A stretch of DNA of 64,000 nt from Candidatus Kerfeldbacteria bacterium. GTDB lineage: Bacteria; Patescibacteriota; Patescibacteriia; SBBC01; CAIJZX01. The position numbers were made by a program, and so were the translations under genes. Positions 39,501-50,018 of the stretch are shown one piece after another. The notes beneath the pieces were generated by a model. It did no database searches. It worked only from the letters and a program-made list of their open reading frames with translations, and was not told the DNA's origin. The stretch lies in contig CAIJZX010000015.1 of NCBI GenBank assembly GCA_903825245.1, positions 28,564 to 92,563 of the forward strand. The letters are read 5' to 3'. The number at the start of each line of letters is the position of its first letter. The first letter of the stretch is position 1.

Positions 39501-40742
39501 ATGGCTAAAACGGAACTCTTTACTGGACTTGACGTTGGATCATCAGCTGTTCGCGTCGTCATCGCGCAACGCCAGATCGGCGTTGATGGTTTGCATATTC
39601 TTGGTGCTGCCGAAGGGCCGGCGGACGGTATTTCGAAAGGGACAATTACGAGTATTGAAGACGCGGTCTCGTCGATTTCGGCCACTCTAGAAAAAGTTGA
39701 ACGCATGACCGGTGTTCCGGCTGAACATGCGACGATTGCGATTAACGGCACACATATTACCTCGATCGAAAGTCACGGCATCGTGGCGGTGGCAAAAGCA
39801 GACGGCGAAATCAAACAGAATGATGTTGATCGGGTTATCGAAGCGGCGCAAGCGGTTGCGGCTCCGCCGAATTACGAAATACTTCACGTTATCCCGCGTT
39901 CATTTACCGTTGATAACCAACACGGGGTGAAAGACCCGGTTGGTATGTCAGCGATGCGGCTGGAGGTCGATGCTCAGATTATTGAGGGTCAAACCGCACA
40001 GATTAAAAACTTACAGAAGGCCATCTACCGGACAGGTGTCAGTATTGATGATATGGTATTGGCGGTGCTAGCATCATCGTTGGCCTGCACGACGAAACGC
40101 CAGAAAGATCTTGGGGTGGCTGTTTTGAATATTGGTGCCAGTACGACAAGTCTGATGGTTTTTGAAGAAGGTGACGTTCTGCATACGAAAATTCTCCCGA
40201 TCGGTGCCAGCCATATAACCAGTGATATTGCCATTGGCTTGCGCATCTCGATTGATCTCGCGGAGAAGGTGAAGTTGGAGGTGGGGACGGCGAATCCAGC
40301 AGAAGTTGATAAACACGACGAAATTAATTTACATGATTTTGGCGGTGACGAACTCGTACTTCCTCGTCATCAAATTGCCGACATTATTGAAGCGCGAGTA
40401 GAAGAGATGGATAAAATGGTTGATCGCGAACTACAAGCCATTGATCGTTCAGGGTTGCTGCCAGCCGGAATCATAATCACTGGTGGTGGGGCGAAATTAC
40501 CGGGATTGATCGATATTGGGAAACGGGATTTTCGTTTGCCGGTGAGTATCGGCTTCCCGATCGGGTACACCACGGCGATTGATAAAGTTCAAGACCCGCA
40601 ATTTACTACGGCACTTGGGTTGGCGAGTTGGGCTGCTGACGCATCCTCAACCCACGGCTTGTTCAGTAAGCTCCCAGCCTTTGGCTCCGTGAATGACACC
40701 GTGAATGGCATGCGCCATTGGTTCAAGAGTTTGCTTCCGTAG
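39501..40742 (+). CDS. ftsA: Cell division protein FtsA
   Basis: GLDVGSS, ILHVIPRSF, DPVGM, ITGGGAKL; precedes ftsZ. Confidence 0.96.
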   Translation: MAKTELFTGLDVGSSAVRVVIAQRQIGVDGLHILGAAEGPADGISKGTITSIEDAVSSISATLEKVERMTGVPAEHATIAINGTHITSIESHGIVAVAKADGEIKQNDVDRVIEAAQAVAAPPNYEILHVIPRSFTVDNQHGVKDPVGMSAMRLEVDAQIIEGQTAQIKNLQKAIYRTGVSIDDMVLAVLASSLACTTKRQKDLGVAVLNIGASTTSLMVFEEGDVLHTKILPIGASHITSDIAIGLRISIDLAEKVKLEVGTANPAEVDKHDEINLHDFGGDELVLPRHQIADIIEARVEEMDKMVDRELQAIDRSGLLPAGIIITGGGAKLPGLIDIGKRDFRLPVSIGFPIGYTTAIDKVQDPQFTTALGLASWAADASSTHGLFSKLPAFGSVNDTVNGMRHWFKSLLP

Positions 40743-40745
40743 GCC

Positions 40746-40764
40746 TGAACACTTTTGGTGTTCA
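40746..40764. promoter_or_regulatory. Palindromic motif upstream of ftsZ
   Basis: TGAACAC-TTTTG-GTGTTCA; upstream of TTGCTC-17-TAGACT (40783-40811). Confidence 0.6.
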
Positions 40765-40817
40765 TTACCTATTCCTGACCGTTTGCTCCAACCCATCAAC
40801 TTTGATAGACTATACCC

Positions 40818-41999
40818 ATGTCACCACGCTCGCCCATGGAAGTAAAACCAGACATCGAAACCTTCGCTAAGATTAAGGTTGTTGGGGTTGGCGGATCCGG
40901 CGGGTCGGCGTTGAACCGGATGATGCAGCATAAAATCCGCGGGATTGAGTTTGTGGCGGTCAACACGGATGCCCAAGCATTGCACCATAACACTGCACCA
41001 GTAAAAGTACACATCGGGAAGACGACGACCAGGGGTCTTGGCGCAGGTATGGATCCGGATACGGGAAGAAAAGCCGCCGAAGAAGATCAAGACGAATTAC
41101 GTGAATTGCTGAAAGATTCCGACATGGTGTTCATCACCTGCGGACTTGGTGGCGGCACGGGAACCGGCGCAGCACCGTTAATTGCGGAAGTGGCTAAAGA
41201 CCTCGGCGCTCTGACCGTCGCGGTTGTGACCAAACCATTTTCGTTCGAAGGCGCGCAACGTCGCAGTATTGCCGATCACGGCTACAGTGAACTCGCTTCG
41301 CAAGTCGATACGATTATTTCTATTCCGAATGATCGGTTATTGCAGATAATTGATAAAAAAACTTCACTCCTCGAATCGTTTCAAGTGGTTGACGATGTGC
41401 TCCGACAGGGGATTCAAGGTATTGCCGAACTCATTACGGTACCCGGACTCATTAACGTCGACTTTGCTGACGTCAAGGCAATCATGAAAGATCAGGGCAC
41501 AGCGTTGATGGGTATTGGGCGTGGTACCGGCGAAAATCGTGCCGTTGATGCCGCGAAAGCCGCCATTGATTCGCCACTTCTTGAGGTGCCGATTGATGGC
41601 GCCAAAGGAATCCTCTTCACCATCACCGGTGGTTCGAACATGGGCATGTATGAAGTAAACGAAGCAGCTCGAATTATCACCCAATCGGCCGACCCGAACG
41701 CGAAAATCATCTTCGGCGCGGTTATTGACGAAGAATTAAAAGATGAAATTAAGGTGACGGTCATAGCCACGGGTTTCGGTAAAGGCGGTACTCGTCAAGT
41801 GAAGAAGGTGATCGCAAGTGGTTCGACTGGTTTCGAGGCTATGGTGCCAAGTATGGATCGACCGATGTCGATGCCAAGCACGCCACCGCCAGCCCCGACA
41901 TATACACCGCCCGTTTCAATGCCTAAAGCTTCACCCAAACCGACGCCCCCTGAAGATGATCTCGAAATACCGGCCTTTATTCGGAAGAAGATGCTCTAA
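40818..41999 (+). CDS. ftsZ: Cell division protein FtsZ
   Basis: GGGTGTG tubulin signature, [16 protein letters not shown]. Confidence 0.98.
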   Translation: MSPRSPMEVKPDIETFAKIKVVGVGGSGGSALNRMMQHKIRGIEFVAVNTDAQALHHNTAPVKVHIGKTTTRGLGAGMDPDTGRKAAEEDQDELRELLKDSDMVFITCGLGGGTGTGAAPLIAEVAKDLGALTVAVVTKPFSFEGAQRRSIADHGYSELASQVDTIISIPNDRLLQIIDKKTSLLESFQVVDDVLRQGIQGIAELITVPGLINVDFADVKAIMKDQGTALMGIGRGTGENRAVDAAKAAIDSPLLEVPIDGAKGILFTITGGSNMGMYEVNEAARIITQSADPNAKIIFGAVIDEELKDEIKVTVIATGFGKGGTRQVKKVIASGSTGFEAMVPSMDRPMSMPSTPPPAPTYTPPVSMPKASPKPTPPEDDLEIPAFIRKKML

Positions 42000-42027
42000 G
42001 GCGAACGAAGTACACATTATTATTCAA

Positions 42028-42053
42028 TCACCCGCTCAAAGCGGGTGGTTTTC
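42028..42053 (+). terminator. Intrinsic terminator after ftsZ
   Basis: CACCCGC-TCAAA-GCGGGTG then GTTTT. Confidence 0.65.
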
Positions 42054-42066
42054 ATATTTATAACAA

Positions 42067-42075
42067 TTATCCACA
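42067..42075 (+). promoter_or_regulatory. DnaA box upstream of nrdR-nrdJ
   Basis: TTATCCACA. Confidence 0.55.
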
Positions 42076-42162
42076 CCATTATCAGTACGTGGCGTCGGAA
42101 AAGATTACCCAATCAGACGCTAGGGAAGAAAACCATTCAAAATACTGAGCATCTCGTGGGGT

Positions 42163-42218
42163 TTGACCATCACTACATGTAGTAGTATACTGATGCTGTT
42201 ATACACCAGATGTAGTGG
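42163..42218 (+). promoter_or_regulatory. nrdRJ promoter with tandem NrdR boxes
   Basis: TTGACC-17-TATACT; boxes TCACTACATGTAGTAG (42170-42185) and ACACCAGATGTAGTGG (42203-42218). Confidence 0.85.
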
Positions 42219-42372
42219 TAGCAAAAAATGGCCACTACCTCATAGACCAAAAACAGACGGGAACATTACCAAATCCACTCGCCGGCGTCGGCACCTAGCC
42301 ACCCTGATCTCGCCGGATGACACTATCTCCGTTTTACCGACGGCGCGGTTCGCGCCGACTTCATTTTCTCCC

Positions 42373-42873
42373 ATGAAATGCCCCTCTTGCCACAATTCTG
42401 ATACCAGCGTGATGGATTCACGAGTGACAGAAGAAGGGTTAGCGATTCGCCGCCGCCGAGAATGCGATCGTTGCGGCTATCGGTTCTCGACAGTTGAAGA
42501 GGTTGAAATATTAAACCTAGCGGTGATTAAACGCGCCGGTCATCGAGAGCCGTATAATCGAGAAAAGTTGGAGAACGGCCTACGGAAGTCGCTCGAGAAG
42601 CGGCCAGTAACGGTTGAAGATTTTAAACGATTAGTGGGGCAAATTGAGCGCGATATTCAGGTTCGCGGTCGAACAGAAATAACGTCGCATCAAGTCGGCG
42701 AACTGGCCATGAAACGGTTACAAAAAATGGATCAGGTTGCCTACATTCGTTTTGCCTCGGTCTATCGGAAGTTCCAAGACATTGAATCATTCAAACGGGA
42801 ACTTAACGCTCTGCCGAAGCAGGCGCCTCGACCGGGACAAACACTTCGTCGCCGAACAAAAAACGCTAAATAA
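42373..42873 (+). CDS. nrdR: Transcriptional repressor NrdR
   Basis: MKCPSC, IRRRRECDRC, VAYIRFASVY. Confidence 0.96.
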   Translation: MKCPSCHNSDTSVMDSRVTEEGLAIRRRRECDRCGYRFSTVEEVEILNLAVIKRAGHREPYNREKLENGLRKSLEKRPVTVEDFKRLVGQIERDIQVRGRTEITSHQVGELAMKRLQKMDQVAYIRFASVYRKFQDIESFKRELNALPKQAPRPGQTLRRRTKNAK

Positions 42874-42903
42874 TCTTTCTATTCACTGAGCACCTTTCCG
42901 ACC

Positions 42904-45900
42904 ATGTCCGAGACTTTAACCACCTCCGAAACAACTACCACCACGACGACACTTCCGTTGTCGACTCGTCGCGGTCCGGGTATGCGCATCCAGCGACTAT
43001 TCACGATGGCGGGACAGGATCCGCTGGAGCAGTTGCAATATGAACGACGGAGTTCGGTGATAAAAAATCCGGATGGCACTATTGTAAAAGAAATAAAGGA
43101 TGTCGAAGTCCCCGTAACCTGGAGTCAGGTGGCCACCGATATTCTGGCGCAGAAGTATTTCCGCAAGGCGGGCGTGCCGCAGGTTGATGGGCAAGGGAAA
43201 CCGATTATCGGTGCAGACGGAAAACAGATGATTGGACCGGAACGTAGTGCTAAACAGGTAGTACGACGGCTAGCAGGGACCTGGCGCTGGTGGGGAGAAA
43301 AACACGGCTACTTTGCCACACCGGAAGATGCTCAGGCGTATCAAGATGAAATGGCCGCGATGCTGATTCGTCAGATGGCGGCGCCGAATTCACCGCAGTG
43401 GTTTAATACTGGGTTGAATTGGGCATACGGTATTACCGGACAACCACAAGGCCACTATTACGTTGATCCACAAACTGGTGCGCTGCAGCAGTCCGCCGAT
43501 GCCTATACGCACCCGCAGCCACACGCCTGTTTCATTCAGAAGGTGAACGACGATCTCGTTAACGAAGGTGGTATTTTTGATCTGGTCACACGCGAAGCGC
43601 GGCTGTTTAAATTCGGCTCCGGTACTGGTAGTAATTTTTCGAATCTTCGCGGTAAAGGAGAAAAACTCTCCGGTGGTGGTTCGAGTTCGGGATTAATGTC
43701 GTTCCTGAAGATCTTTGATCGTTCCGCCGGCGCTATCCAATCGGGCGGGACGACACGACGAGCGGCGAAGATGGTGGTCATTGATGCTGATCACCCTGAC
43801 GTGGAAGAATTCGTGGATTGGAAAATGAAAGAAGAACAGAAAGTAGCTGACCTGGTCGCCGGTAGTAACATCAATGCGGTTGAGTTGAATGAAATTATGC
43901 GCGTGGCCAAGCAGGAAAATACCATTGATTATCATAAAAATGCCGCGCTCGGGAAAGTTGTTCGCCATGCCCTGCAACGACACGTGTCACTGTCCTACGT
44001 GATGCGCGTGTTGGCGCTCGTTGAGCAAGGCCATGATCATCTCGACGTGGCGACATTTACCACCCACTTCGAAGGCGAAGCCTATAATACCGTTTCCGGT
44101 CAGAATGCGAATAATACCGTACGTGTGACGAACGACTATATGACCGCGGTGGAGCGCGATGATGCCTGGAATTTATTGTGGCGGACAAATCGAGACATTG
44201 CTCGGACAATTCCCGCCCGTCGACTGTGGGAAGAAATCGCCTATGCCGCCTGGGCGAGTGCTGATCCGGGCTTGCAATTTGATACTACGATTAATGAATG
44301 GCACACCTGTCCGGAAGATGGTCGCATCAATGGTTCAAACCCGTGCTCGGAATATATGTTCCTCGACGATACGGCCTGTAACTTGGCTTCGATTAACCTG
44401 GCGCATTTCACGAACGCCGAGACCGGCATGTTTAACACGGAAGCGTTCCGCCACGCTTGCCGATTGTGGACGATCACGTTAGAAATCTCTGTTTTGATGG
44501 CACAATTCCCGGGTAAAGAAATTGCGAAACTCTCCTACGTCTTTAGAACACTCGGTCTGGGGTATGCCAATCTGGGGACGATTTTGATGATGATGGGTGT
44601 GCCGTACGATTCGCCGCAAGCCTTAGCAATCGCCGGATCAATTTCATCATTGATGACCGGTGAGGCGTACGCGACGAGCGCGGAAATGTCCAGCCACCTT
44701 GGAACTTTTACGGGGTACGAACGTAATAGTAAACACATGCTCCGTGTTATTCGTAATCATCGCCGGGCTGTTTATAATGCTCCCGCCAGTGAGTATGAAG
44801 GCCTCAGCATTGTACCGATGGGCGTCGATCCGAAAGTTGCGCCGGAATATATGTTGAAATCGGCCCGCGATGCCTGGGATCGGGCGCTGCAATGGGGAAA
44901 CGAATATGGATTCCGCAACGCGCAAGTAACCGTTATTGCGCCAACCGGAACGATAGGCTTACTCATGGATTGCGATACGACTGGTGTTGAGCCGGATTTC
45001 GCCATTGTGAAGTTCAAGAAACTCGCTGGCGGCGGATACTTTAAAATCGTGAACCAGTCAGTAACAAAGGCACTTCGTCGTCTTGGGTATTCGGAAGATC
45101 AGATTCGTGACATTGATGGTTACTGCAAAGGCTTCGGTACGCTGAGTGGCGCGCCACATATCAACCATGAAACGCTGAAAGCGAAAGGCATGACCGGCGA
45201 AGATATTGCTAAAGTTGAACTGGCTCTCGTCGGTGCGTTTGATATTCGCTTCGTTTTCAACGCTGCAACACTGGGCGCAGAAATATTGACTCGTGTCGGT
45301 CTTGGCAGTAAAGCAAATGATCCGTCTTTAAACGTGCTCGAAGCGCTCGGTTTTTCCAAGGAACAAATTTCAGCTACGAATGAGTATGTGGTCGGCACGA
45401 TGACGATCGAAGGTGCCCCGCATTTGAAAGAAGAACACTACCCGATTTTTGATTGCGCGAACACCTGTGGGGTGAAAGGCAAACGCTACATCGCCTACAA
45501 CGCACATATCAAAATGATGGCCGCGGTTCAGCCGTTCATTTCCGGTGCAATTTCCAAAACGATTAATATGCCGGCGACGGCCACGATCGAAGAGACGAAA
45601 CAAGTATATTGGGATTCGTGGAAGATGATGTTGAAAGCGGTAGCGCTCTACCGTGATGGGTCGAAACTTTCGCAACCGCTCAATAGCACCTCGGAAGAAG
45701 ACGAAATCGTAGCGCTGGGCGAACTTGACGATGATGTGGCCGAAGTGACGCCAAAACAAATGCACGACTTAGCTGCGGTGCGTGCGGTCAAAGAAAAACT
45801 TCCAGCTAAGCGCGTCGGTTGGACACAGGAAGCGATTGTCGGTGGCCACAAAGTATTTATTCGCACCGGTGAGTACCATGATGGCCGACTTGGTGAAGTC

Positions 45901-46395
45901 TTCATCGACATGTATAAAGACGGTGCGGCCTATAAATCGCTGATTAACTGTTTCGCTATTGCTATCTCGAAAGGCTTGCAGTATGGTATTCCGCTTGAAG
46001 AGTATGTCGATACATTTACCTTCACGCGGTTTGAGCCGGCTGGTTCGGTGCAAGGTCACCCGAACTTGAAAATGGCTACCTCAATTCTCGATTACATTTT
46101 CCGACTCCTCGGATATGAATATCTCAATCGTGAAGACCTTGTCCAAGTTAAACCCGATCATGCCAATGATCCAGTCCAGGCACATCTCCCGACCATGGCG
46201 GCGTCCGCACCAGTCGCTGTTGTTACGCCGACGAAGCCGATTGAAATGAGCGCTACCGAACCAGACACTCGATTGACTGCCAAGGCGCAGGGTTTCACCG
46301 GCGATACCTGCACGGCCTGCGGCTCGATGAAGATGAAACGCAACGGTTCCTGTATGGTTTGTATCGAGTGTGGAACGACGACCGGGTGTAGTTAA
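42904..46395 (+). CDS. nrdJ: Adenosylcobalamin-dependent (class II) ribonucleotide reductase
   Basis: [30 protein letters not shown]; TSCPD domain; C-terminal CxxC..CxxC. Confidence 0.96.
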   Translation: MSETLTTSETTTTTTTLPLSTRRGPGMRIQRLFTMAGQDPLEQLQYERRSSVIKNPDGTIVKEIKDVEVPVTWSQVATDILAQKYFRKAGVPQVDGQGKPIIGADGKQMIGPERSAKQVVRRLAGTWRWWGEKHGYFATPEDAQAYQDEMAAMLIRQMAAPNSPQWFNTGLNWAYGITGQPQGHYYVDPQTGALQQSADAYTHPQPHACFIQKVNDDLVNEGGIFDLVTREARLFKFGSGTGSNFSNLRGKGEKLSGGGSSSGLMSFLKIFDRSAGAIQSGGTTRRAAKMVVIDADHPDVEEFVDWKMKEEQKVADLVAGSNINAVELNEIMRVAKQENTIDYHKNAALGKVVRHALQRHVSLSYVMRVLALVEQGHDHLDVATFTTHFEGEAYNTVSGQNANNTVRVTNDYMTAVERDDAWNLLWRTNRDIARTIPARRLWEEIAYAAWASADPGLQFDTTINEWHTCPEDGRINGSNPCSEYMFLDDTACNLASINLAHFTNAETGMFNTEAFRHACRLWTITLEISVLMAQFPGKEIAKLSYVFRTLGLGYANLGTILMMMGVPYDSPQALAIAGSISSLMTGEAYATSAEMSSHLGTFTGYERNSKHMLRVIRNHRRAVYNAPASEYEGLSIVPMGVDPKVAPEYMLKSARDAWDRALQWGNEYGFRNAQVTVIAPTGTIGLLMDCDTTGVEPDFAIVKFKKLAGGGYFKIVNQSVTKALRRLGYSEDQIRDIDGYCKGFGTLSGAPHINHETLKAKGMTGEDIAKVELALVGAFDIRFVFNAATLGAEILTRVGLGSKANDPSLNVLEALGFSKEQISATNEYVVGTMTIEGAPHLKEEHYPIFDCANTCGVKGKRYIAYNAHIKMMAAVQPFISGAISKTINMPATATIEETKQVYWDSWKMMLKAVALYRDGSKLSQPLNSTSEEDEIVALGELDDDVAEVTPKQMHDLAAVRAVKEKLPAKRVGWTQEAIVGGHKVFIRTGEYHDGRLGEVFIDMYKDGAAYKSLINCFAIAISKGLQYGIPLEEYVDTFTFTRFEPAGSVQGHPNLKMATSILDYIFRLLGYEYLNREDLVQVKPDHANDPVQAHLPTMAASAPVAVVTPTKPIEMSATEPDTRLTAKAQGFTGDTCTACGSMKMKRNGSCMVCIECGTTTGCS

Positions 46396-46428
46396 TCTGT
46401 TTTTTAGCGACACCAAAACCAAAGCCTA

Positions 46429-46453
46429 CCCCGCCACGAAAGTGGCGGGGTTT
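46429..46453 (+). terminator. Terminator-like hairpin after nrdJ
   Basis: CCCCGCCAC-GAAA-GTGGCGGGG-TTT. Confidence 0.7.
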
Positions 46454-46512
46454 GGGCACGAAAGAGCTAAAGTGCTATACTGGCAACGGTAGTAAAAAAT
46501 AGTATTTACCAC

Positions 46513-47052
46513 ATGGAACTACTTATATCGATATTCATAGGGATCATACGATGGATCTCAAACGGACTATTGGTTTCCCTCCTCGGTATAGGTGTATATG
46601 TTCTTTTTAAAAAAAGAACCTTAAACGATCTTGCAGTAGACAAGCTTTTTCATTGGTCAGTAAAAATTTTCCTGGTGTACAGCATTATCGTGTCATTAGA
46701 TTCCGCATCGTTTTTTGTAGCCATGAATGCTTTTGGTGGTAAGGCCTCCTCTACGAGAACACTATTTGTTGCATTACTACTGTTTCTGTTTAGTATCCTA
46801 CCCGCGGTTATGATTTTTCTAGAACGAAACAGGAATGTATCCCGAGTTCGACGATGGGCTTGGTTTGCTTTAGTGCTAGAAGTGGCTGGGTATGTATTTT
46901 CGATATTTCAATCGGGATTTTTTTTCAATGGAGTATTAAGCGAACTGGTAACCATTGCCGCAATCATGCCGCCGGTGGTACTTTTACTTCTGGTTCGAAA
47001 AAAAATTCAGAACAGCGCCCCAGTAGTAACAAAAGTTGCAAGCGCCTTATAG
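46513..47052 (+). CDS. Hypothetical multi-TM protein
   Basis: 179 aa with about 5 TM helices. Confidence 0.65.
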   Translation: MELLISIFIGIIRWISNGLLVSLLGIGVYVLFKKRTLNDLAVDKLFHWSVKIFLVYSIIVSLDSASFFVAMNAFGGKASSTRTLFVALLLFLFSILPAVMIFLERNRNVSRVRRWAWFALVLEVAGYVFSIFQSGFFFNGVLSELVTIAAIMPPVVLLLLVRKKIQNSAPVVTKVASAL

Positions 47053-47145
47053 GGTCTACGACCTTTTTAGAGCTCCTTTGGTAAATATACGAACAAGACA
47101 GAAAAAGGACTAAAGTGCTATACTACTAACGAAAGGAACAATACT

Positions 47146-47481
47146 ATGCCAAACTCTGAACAAATTAAGCACGATGTAAGCAGCGAGGTTAAGAAAATTT
47201 CGCCCACGACGGATCGCAATCTTCTAGCGGCCGTGAGTTATGTGTGGATTCTATCACTGGTGATGCTCATGATGAAAAAGGATGATGCGTTTGTCCAATT
47301 TCATGCTAAGCAAGCGTTGGTACTGTTCATTCTGAGTTTACTCGGCTTCATTCCGATTATCGGCTGGTTAGTGGCGTTTTGCGCTTTCATTGGCATGATC
47401 ATCGGTTTCCTTCATGCCTGGCAAGGGAAAGAATATCAAATCCCGTTCGTCTACGGCTGGTCACAGAAGATTCATTTTTAG
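47146..47481 (+). CDS. DUF4870 family membrane protein
   Basis: LLAAVSY, FVQFHAKQAL, AWQGKEYQIP. Confidence 0.82.
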   Translation: MPNSEQIKHDVSSEVKKISPTTDRNLLAAVSYVWILSLVMLMMKKDDAFVQFHAKQALVLFILSLLGFIPIIGWLVAFCAFIGMIIGFLHAWQGKEYQIPFVYGWSQKIHF

Positions 47482-47572
47482 GCGGAGTTCTATAGGTTCG
47501 TCCCTGGTAGCCATACAAGTCGAAGCTCTTCCGTTGAATTCTCCAACACCTTCATCAACTTGCTACACCAAT

Positions 47573-47830
47573 ATGGATAAAGAACAATCAGGTCATGAGC
47601 AGGAGCACATAGTGCAAGAATGTGAGACCGCGTTGTCGGCACTTCGAGACTATAAAGAAGGGAAGGGAATTCCAACTGGGACGGAAGCACGAGAAGCGAT
47701 TGAACGTCTGCTCGAATACTTGCCCGAGACTAATATTCGAGTAGAAGATTACGGTCTGACGCAACAAGAGTTGCCAACTCTGGTTGCGAAATATGCGACC
47801 GAAAAGATGCCCTGGGATAATAAGGTTTAA
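47573..47830 (+). CDS. Hypothetical protein
   Basis: Acidic 85-aa ORF starting MDKEQ. Confidence 0.55.
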   Translation: MDKEQSGHEQEHIVQECETALSALRDYKEGKGIPTGTEAREAIERLLEYLPETNIRVEDYGLTQQELPTLVAKYATEKMPWDNKV

Positions 47831-47963
47831 CTTTTAATTACTCAGTGCTGAATAATAAACAAAACCGACCCTGGCATTGGTGGTACTGGGTGGGAATTGT
47901 TTTGCTGACTGTACCGGCAGTTTATTCGGTAGGCACAATGATCGTCTTTGCTTTCACGCCACA

Positions 47964-48536
47964 ATGAAAATCAGGCCGCACAAACTCCATCTCGCAGATC
48001 GCGGTCTCGTCCATGCCTATATTGGCGACGGCAAAGGAAAAACCACGGCCGCGGTCGGCACGGCGGTTCGCGCCGCCGGGCACGGTTGGAAGATTTTGTT
48101 TTTACAATTCATGAAGGAAGAACAATGGCCGAGCGGGGAGCGGTCGAGTTTGCGGAAACTGGGCGTCGAGGTGTTGGTACTCGGCGAAGGATTTTTCAAA
48201 ATCATGAACGATCGCAAACCGGAAGAGCTGCACATGGTAGCTGCTAATCGGGCATTGGATATGGCCAAAGAAAAATTGTTATCCGGTAATTATCAGCTCG
48301 TGATTCTCGATGAACTTGGTTCGGCGGTTGACGAAGGATTGCTGGAACGGAAAGCCGTCGAGAGAATGTTTAAAGATCATAAAAAAAGCAAAACTGCAAA
48401 GCAGGTGCACCTGATTTGGACCGGTCATAAAAAAATTCCCTGGATGTTAAAGTACGCGGATTTGGTGACGGACATGAAAAAAATCAAACACCCGTTTGAT
48501 AAACATATTATTGCGACGAAGGGATTGGATTATTAA
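47964..48536 (+). CDS. btuR: Cob(I)alamin adenosyltransferase (CobA/CobO/BtuR)
   Basis: YIGDGKGKTTAAVG, LQFMK, VILDE, ADLVTDM..IKHPF..GLDY. Confidence 0.93.
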   Translation: MKIRPHKLHLADRGLVHAYIGDGKGKTTAAVGTAVRAAGHGWKILFLQFMKEEQWPSGERSSLRKLGVEVLVLGEGFFKIMNDRKPEELHMVAANRALDMAKEKLLSGNYQLVILDELGSAVDEGLLERKAVERMFKDHKKSKTAKQVHLIWTGHKKIPWMLKYADLVTDMKKIKHPFDKHIIATKGLDY

Positions 48537-48547
48537 CAAGTAAGCTT

Positions 48548-48865
48548 ATGTATCTCTTTTACTGGTTGGAATTTCTGTTGTTGAATAGCTATATCGAAGC
48601 CGGAATTGTAGGTATTGTGCTTATGATCCTCCTACCGACGCCATTATTCAGATTTGTCCATAAACCGAGTAAAGGATTACTCATTTCTCTCATCGTCAGC
48701 TTGGCAGCTGTCTTTCTTCCATGGTTATTTACGGATTGGTCGAACGTGGGCATGGGTGGCACGTTCTTTTTTCTGATTGATATGGTTTTTTGTGCTATCA
48801 TTTTTGGCATTTACGTTATTCGATCGCGTCAACTATCGGTAAAACCTAAAACAACCAGCCATTAG
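48548..48865 (+). CDS. Hypothetical membrane protein
   Basis: Three hydrophobic segments. Confidence 0.6.
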   Translation: MYLFYWLEFLLLNSYIEAGIVGIVLMILLPTPLFRFVHKPSKGLLISLIVSLAAVFLPWLFTDWSNVGMGGTFFFLIDMVFCAIIFGIYVIRSRQLSVKPKTTSH

Positions 48866-48877
48866 ATTTACCAGAGT

Positions 48878-49351
48878 ATGTTAAATATTTCTGTAAATCG
48901 TCGGCTCCTCAGTATTACTGGTATTGGCGGTGCGATTGCGTTAACTATTTGTGGTGGTGGCATACAATTGCTGCCTATACCTTGGTTTTCGAATATTGTT
49001 TTTTCACCTTGGGGTATGTGGTTGGCAATACTTCTCGGATTAATGAGTTTTCTTGGAACACCAATTCTCCTGACACTACTGGTTTGGCGATGGGAATCTT
49101 TTTCGAAAGGATGGATGGGAGTGGTCATGCGCTGGCTACTTGGTTGTATAGCAATTTTGTTGGGATGGTTACTCACTGAGGCGGCGGGAACACTTGGTCT
49201 ATGGCGTGACTTGCCTTCTTTTATTAAGGACATGCTTTCTACTTCAGGTACATACTACGTTATAAGCGGCGGATCAGCACTTATCGGTTTTCTCGATTGG
49301 TTTTTCTTTACTCGACACTGGGGAAAGAAGGCGTTGACGACGCCGAAGTAG
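48878..49351 (+). CDS. Hypothetical membrane protein
   Basis: About four hydrophobic segments. Confidence 0.6.
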   Translation: MLNISVNRRLLSITGIGGAIALTICGGGIQLLPIPWFSNIVFSPWGMWLAILLGLMSFLGTPILLTLLVWRWESFSKGWMGVVMRWLLGCIAILLGWLLTEAAGTLGLWRDLPSFIKDMLSTSGTYYVISGGSALIGFLDWFFFTRHWGKKALTTPK

Positions 49352-49362
49352 TAGCGTATTAT
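49334..49362 (+). promoter_or_regulatory. Sigma70 promoter of riboswitch transcript
   Basis: TTGACG-17-TATTAT; predicted start near 49369. Confidence 0.7.
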
Positions 49363-49368
49363 CATTTC

Positions 49369-49496
49369 ACGGCAAGCAGGTGAATCCACGTAAAACTCCT
49401 TCGGAGTCACGTGGCACAGTCCTGCAGGGTCCCGCCACCGTACACTCGGACGCCGTCCCACACATGTGGGAGAAGAAAAAGACCTTCGTGGAAAGG
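49369..49496 (+). ncRNA. Cobalamin riboswitch (compact type)
   Basis: ACGGC/GCCGT closing stem, GCAGG-TG..T-CCTGC P4, GGTCCCGCCACCGTA core, CCTT-CGTGGA-AAGG kissing hairpin; precedes DUF4430/DUF6580 genes. Confidence 0.75.
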
Positions 49497-49563
49497 CCCC
49501 TCGATTCTCTCCGTTCACTCGGGGCAGGCTCACTGGGGAAAGGAGTGACGCTACAGCATTATT

Positions 49564-49601
49564 CCTGCCTACACCGCGTTGGCAGGGCATTTATTTATTT
49601 C
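49564..49601 (+). terminator. Leader terminator (riboswitch expression platform)
   Basis: CCTGCC-N11-GGCAGG followed by GCATTTATTTATTT. Confidence 0.55.
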
Positions 49602-49639
49602 TCTGGTGTCGTTTAGCGCCGGAGTAACCCTCCAACCGT

Positions 49640-50005
49640 ATGAAACGTTTCTCGATACTTTCGATTCTTTTACTCGGCTTGACGATGGCCGGAGCGAGTT
49701 GTGGATTAACCACATCGTCGGCTACGAACACTGCTAAAACAACCATCAATAAAGCGATCAATACCGCCAAACAACAAGCAGTTTCCTATACTGGCCAAGC
49801 GGGCAAAAACGCGCTAGACTTGCTGAAGTCCGGTCATGCTGTTGACGTCTCTCCAGAGGGCTTTGTCAACGCTATCGACGGCGTGAAACCGGGCGATCAT
49901 CAATTCTGGGCACTCTACGTCAATGGCAAACAAGCCGAAGTCGGGGCAAAAGATTACATTACCAAAAAAGGCGACACGGTTGAGTGGAAACTCGAATCGT
50001 ATTAG
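49640..50005 (+). CDS. DUF4430 (transcobalamin-like) lipoprotein
   Basis: AGASC lipobox-like; FVNAIDG..FWALYVNGKQAEVGA..GDTVEW. Confidence 0.85.
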   Translation: MKRFSILSILLLGLTMAGASCGLTTSSATNTAKTTINKAINTAKQQAVSYTGQAGKNALDLLKSGHAVDVSPEGFVNAIDGVKPGDHQFWALYVNGKQAEVGAKDYITKKGDTVEWKLESY

Positions 50006-50018
50006 TTCGTTGTTACAT

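Noticed and set aside
42904-46395. Intein or intron in nrdJ
   Set aside because: The ORF is continuous with no intein splice-junction or LAGLIDADG motifs, and its length is explained by the fused TSCPD domain.
49380-49616. 78-aa ORF in the riboswitch leader
   Set aside because: It overlaps RNA structure elements and there is no evidence of coding.
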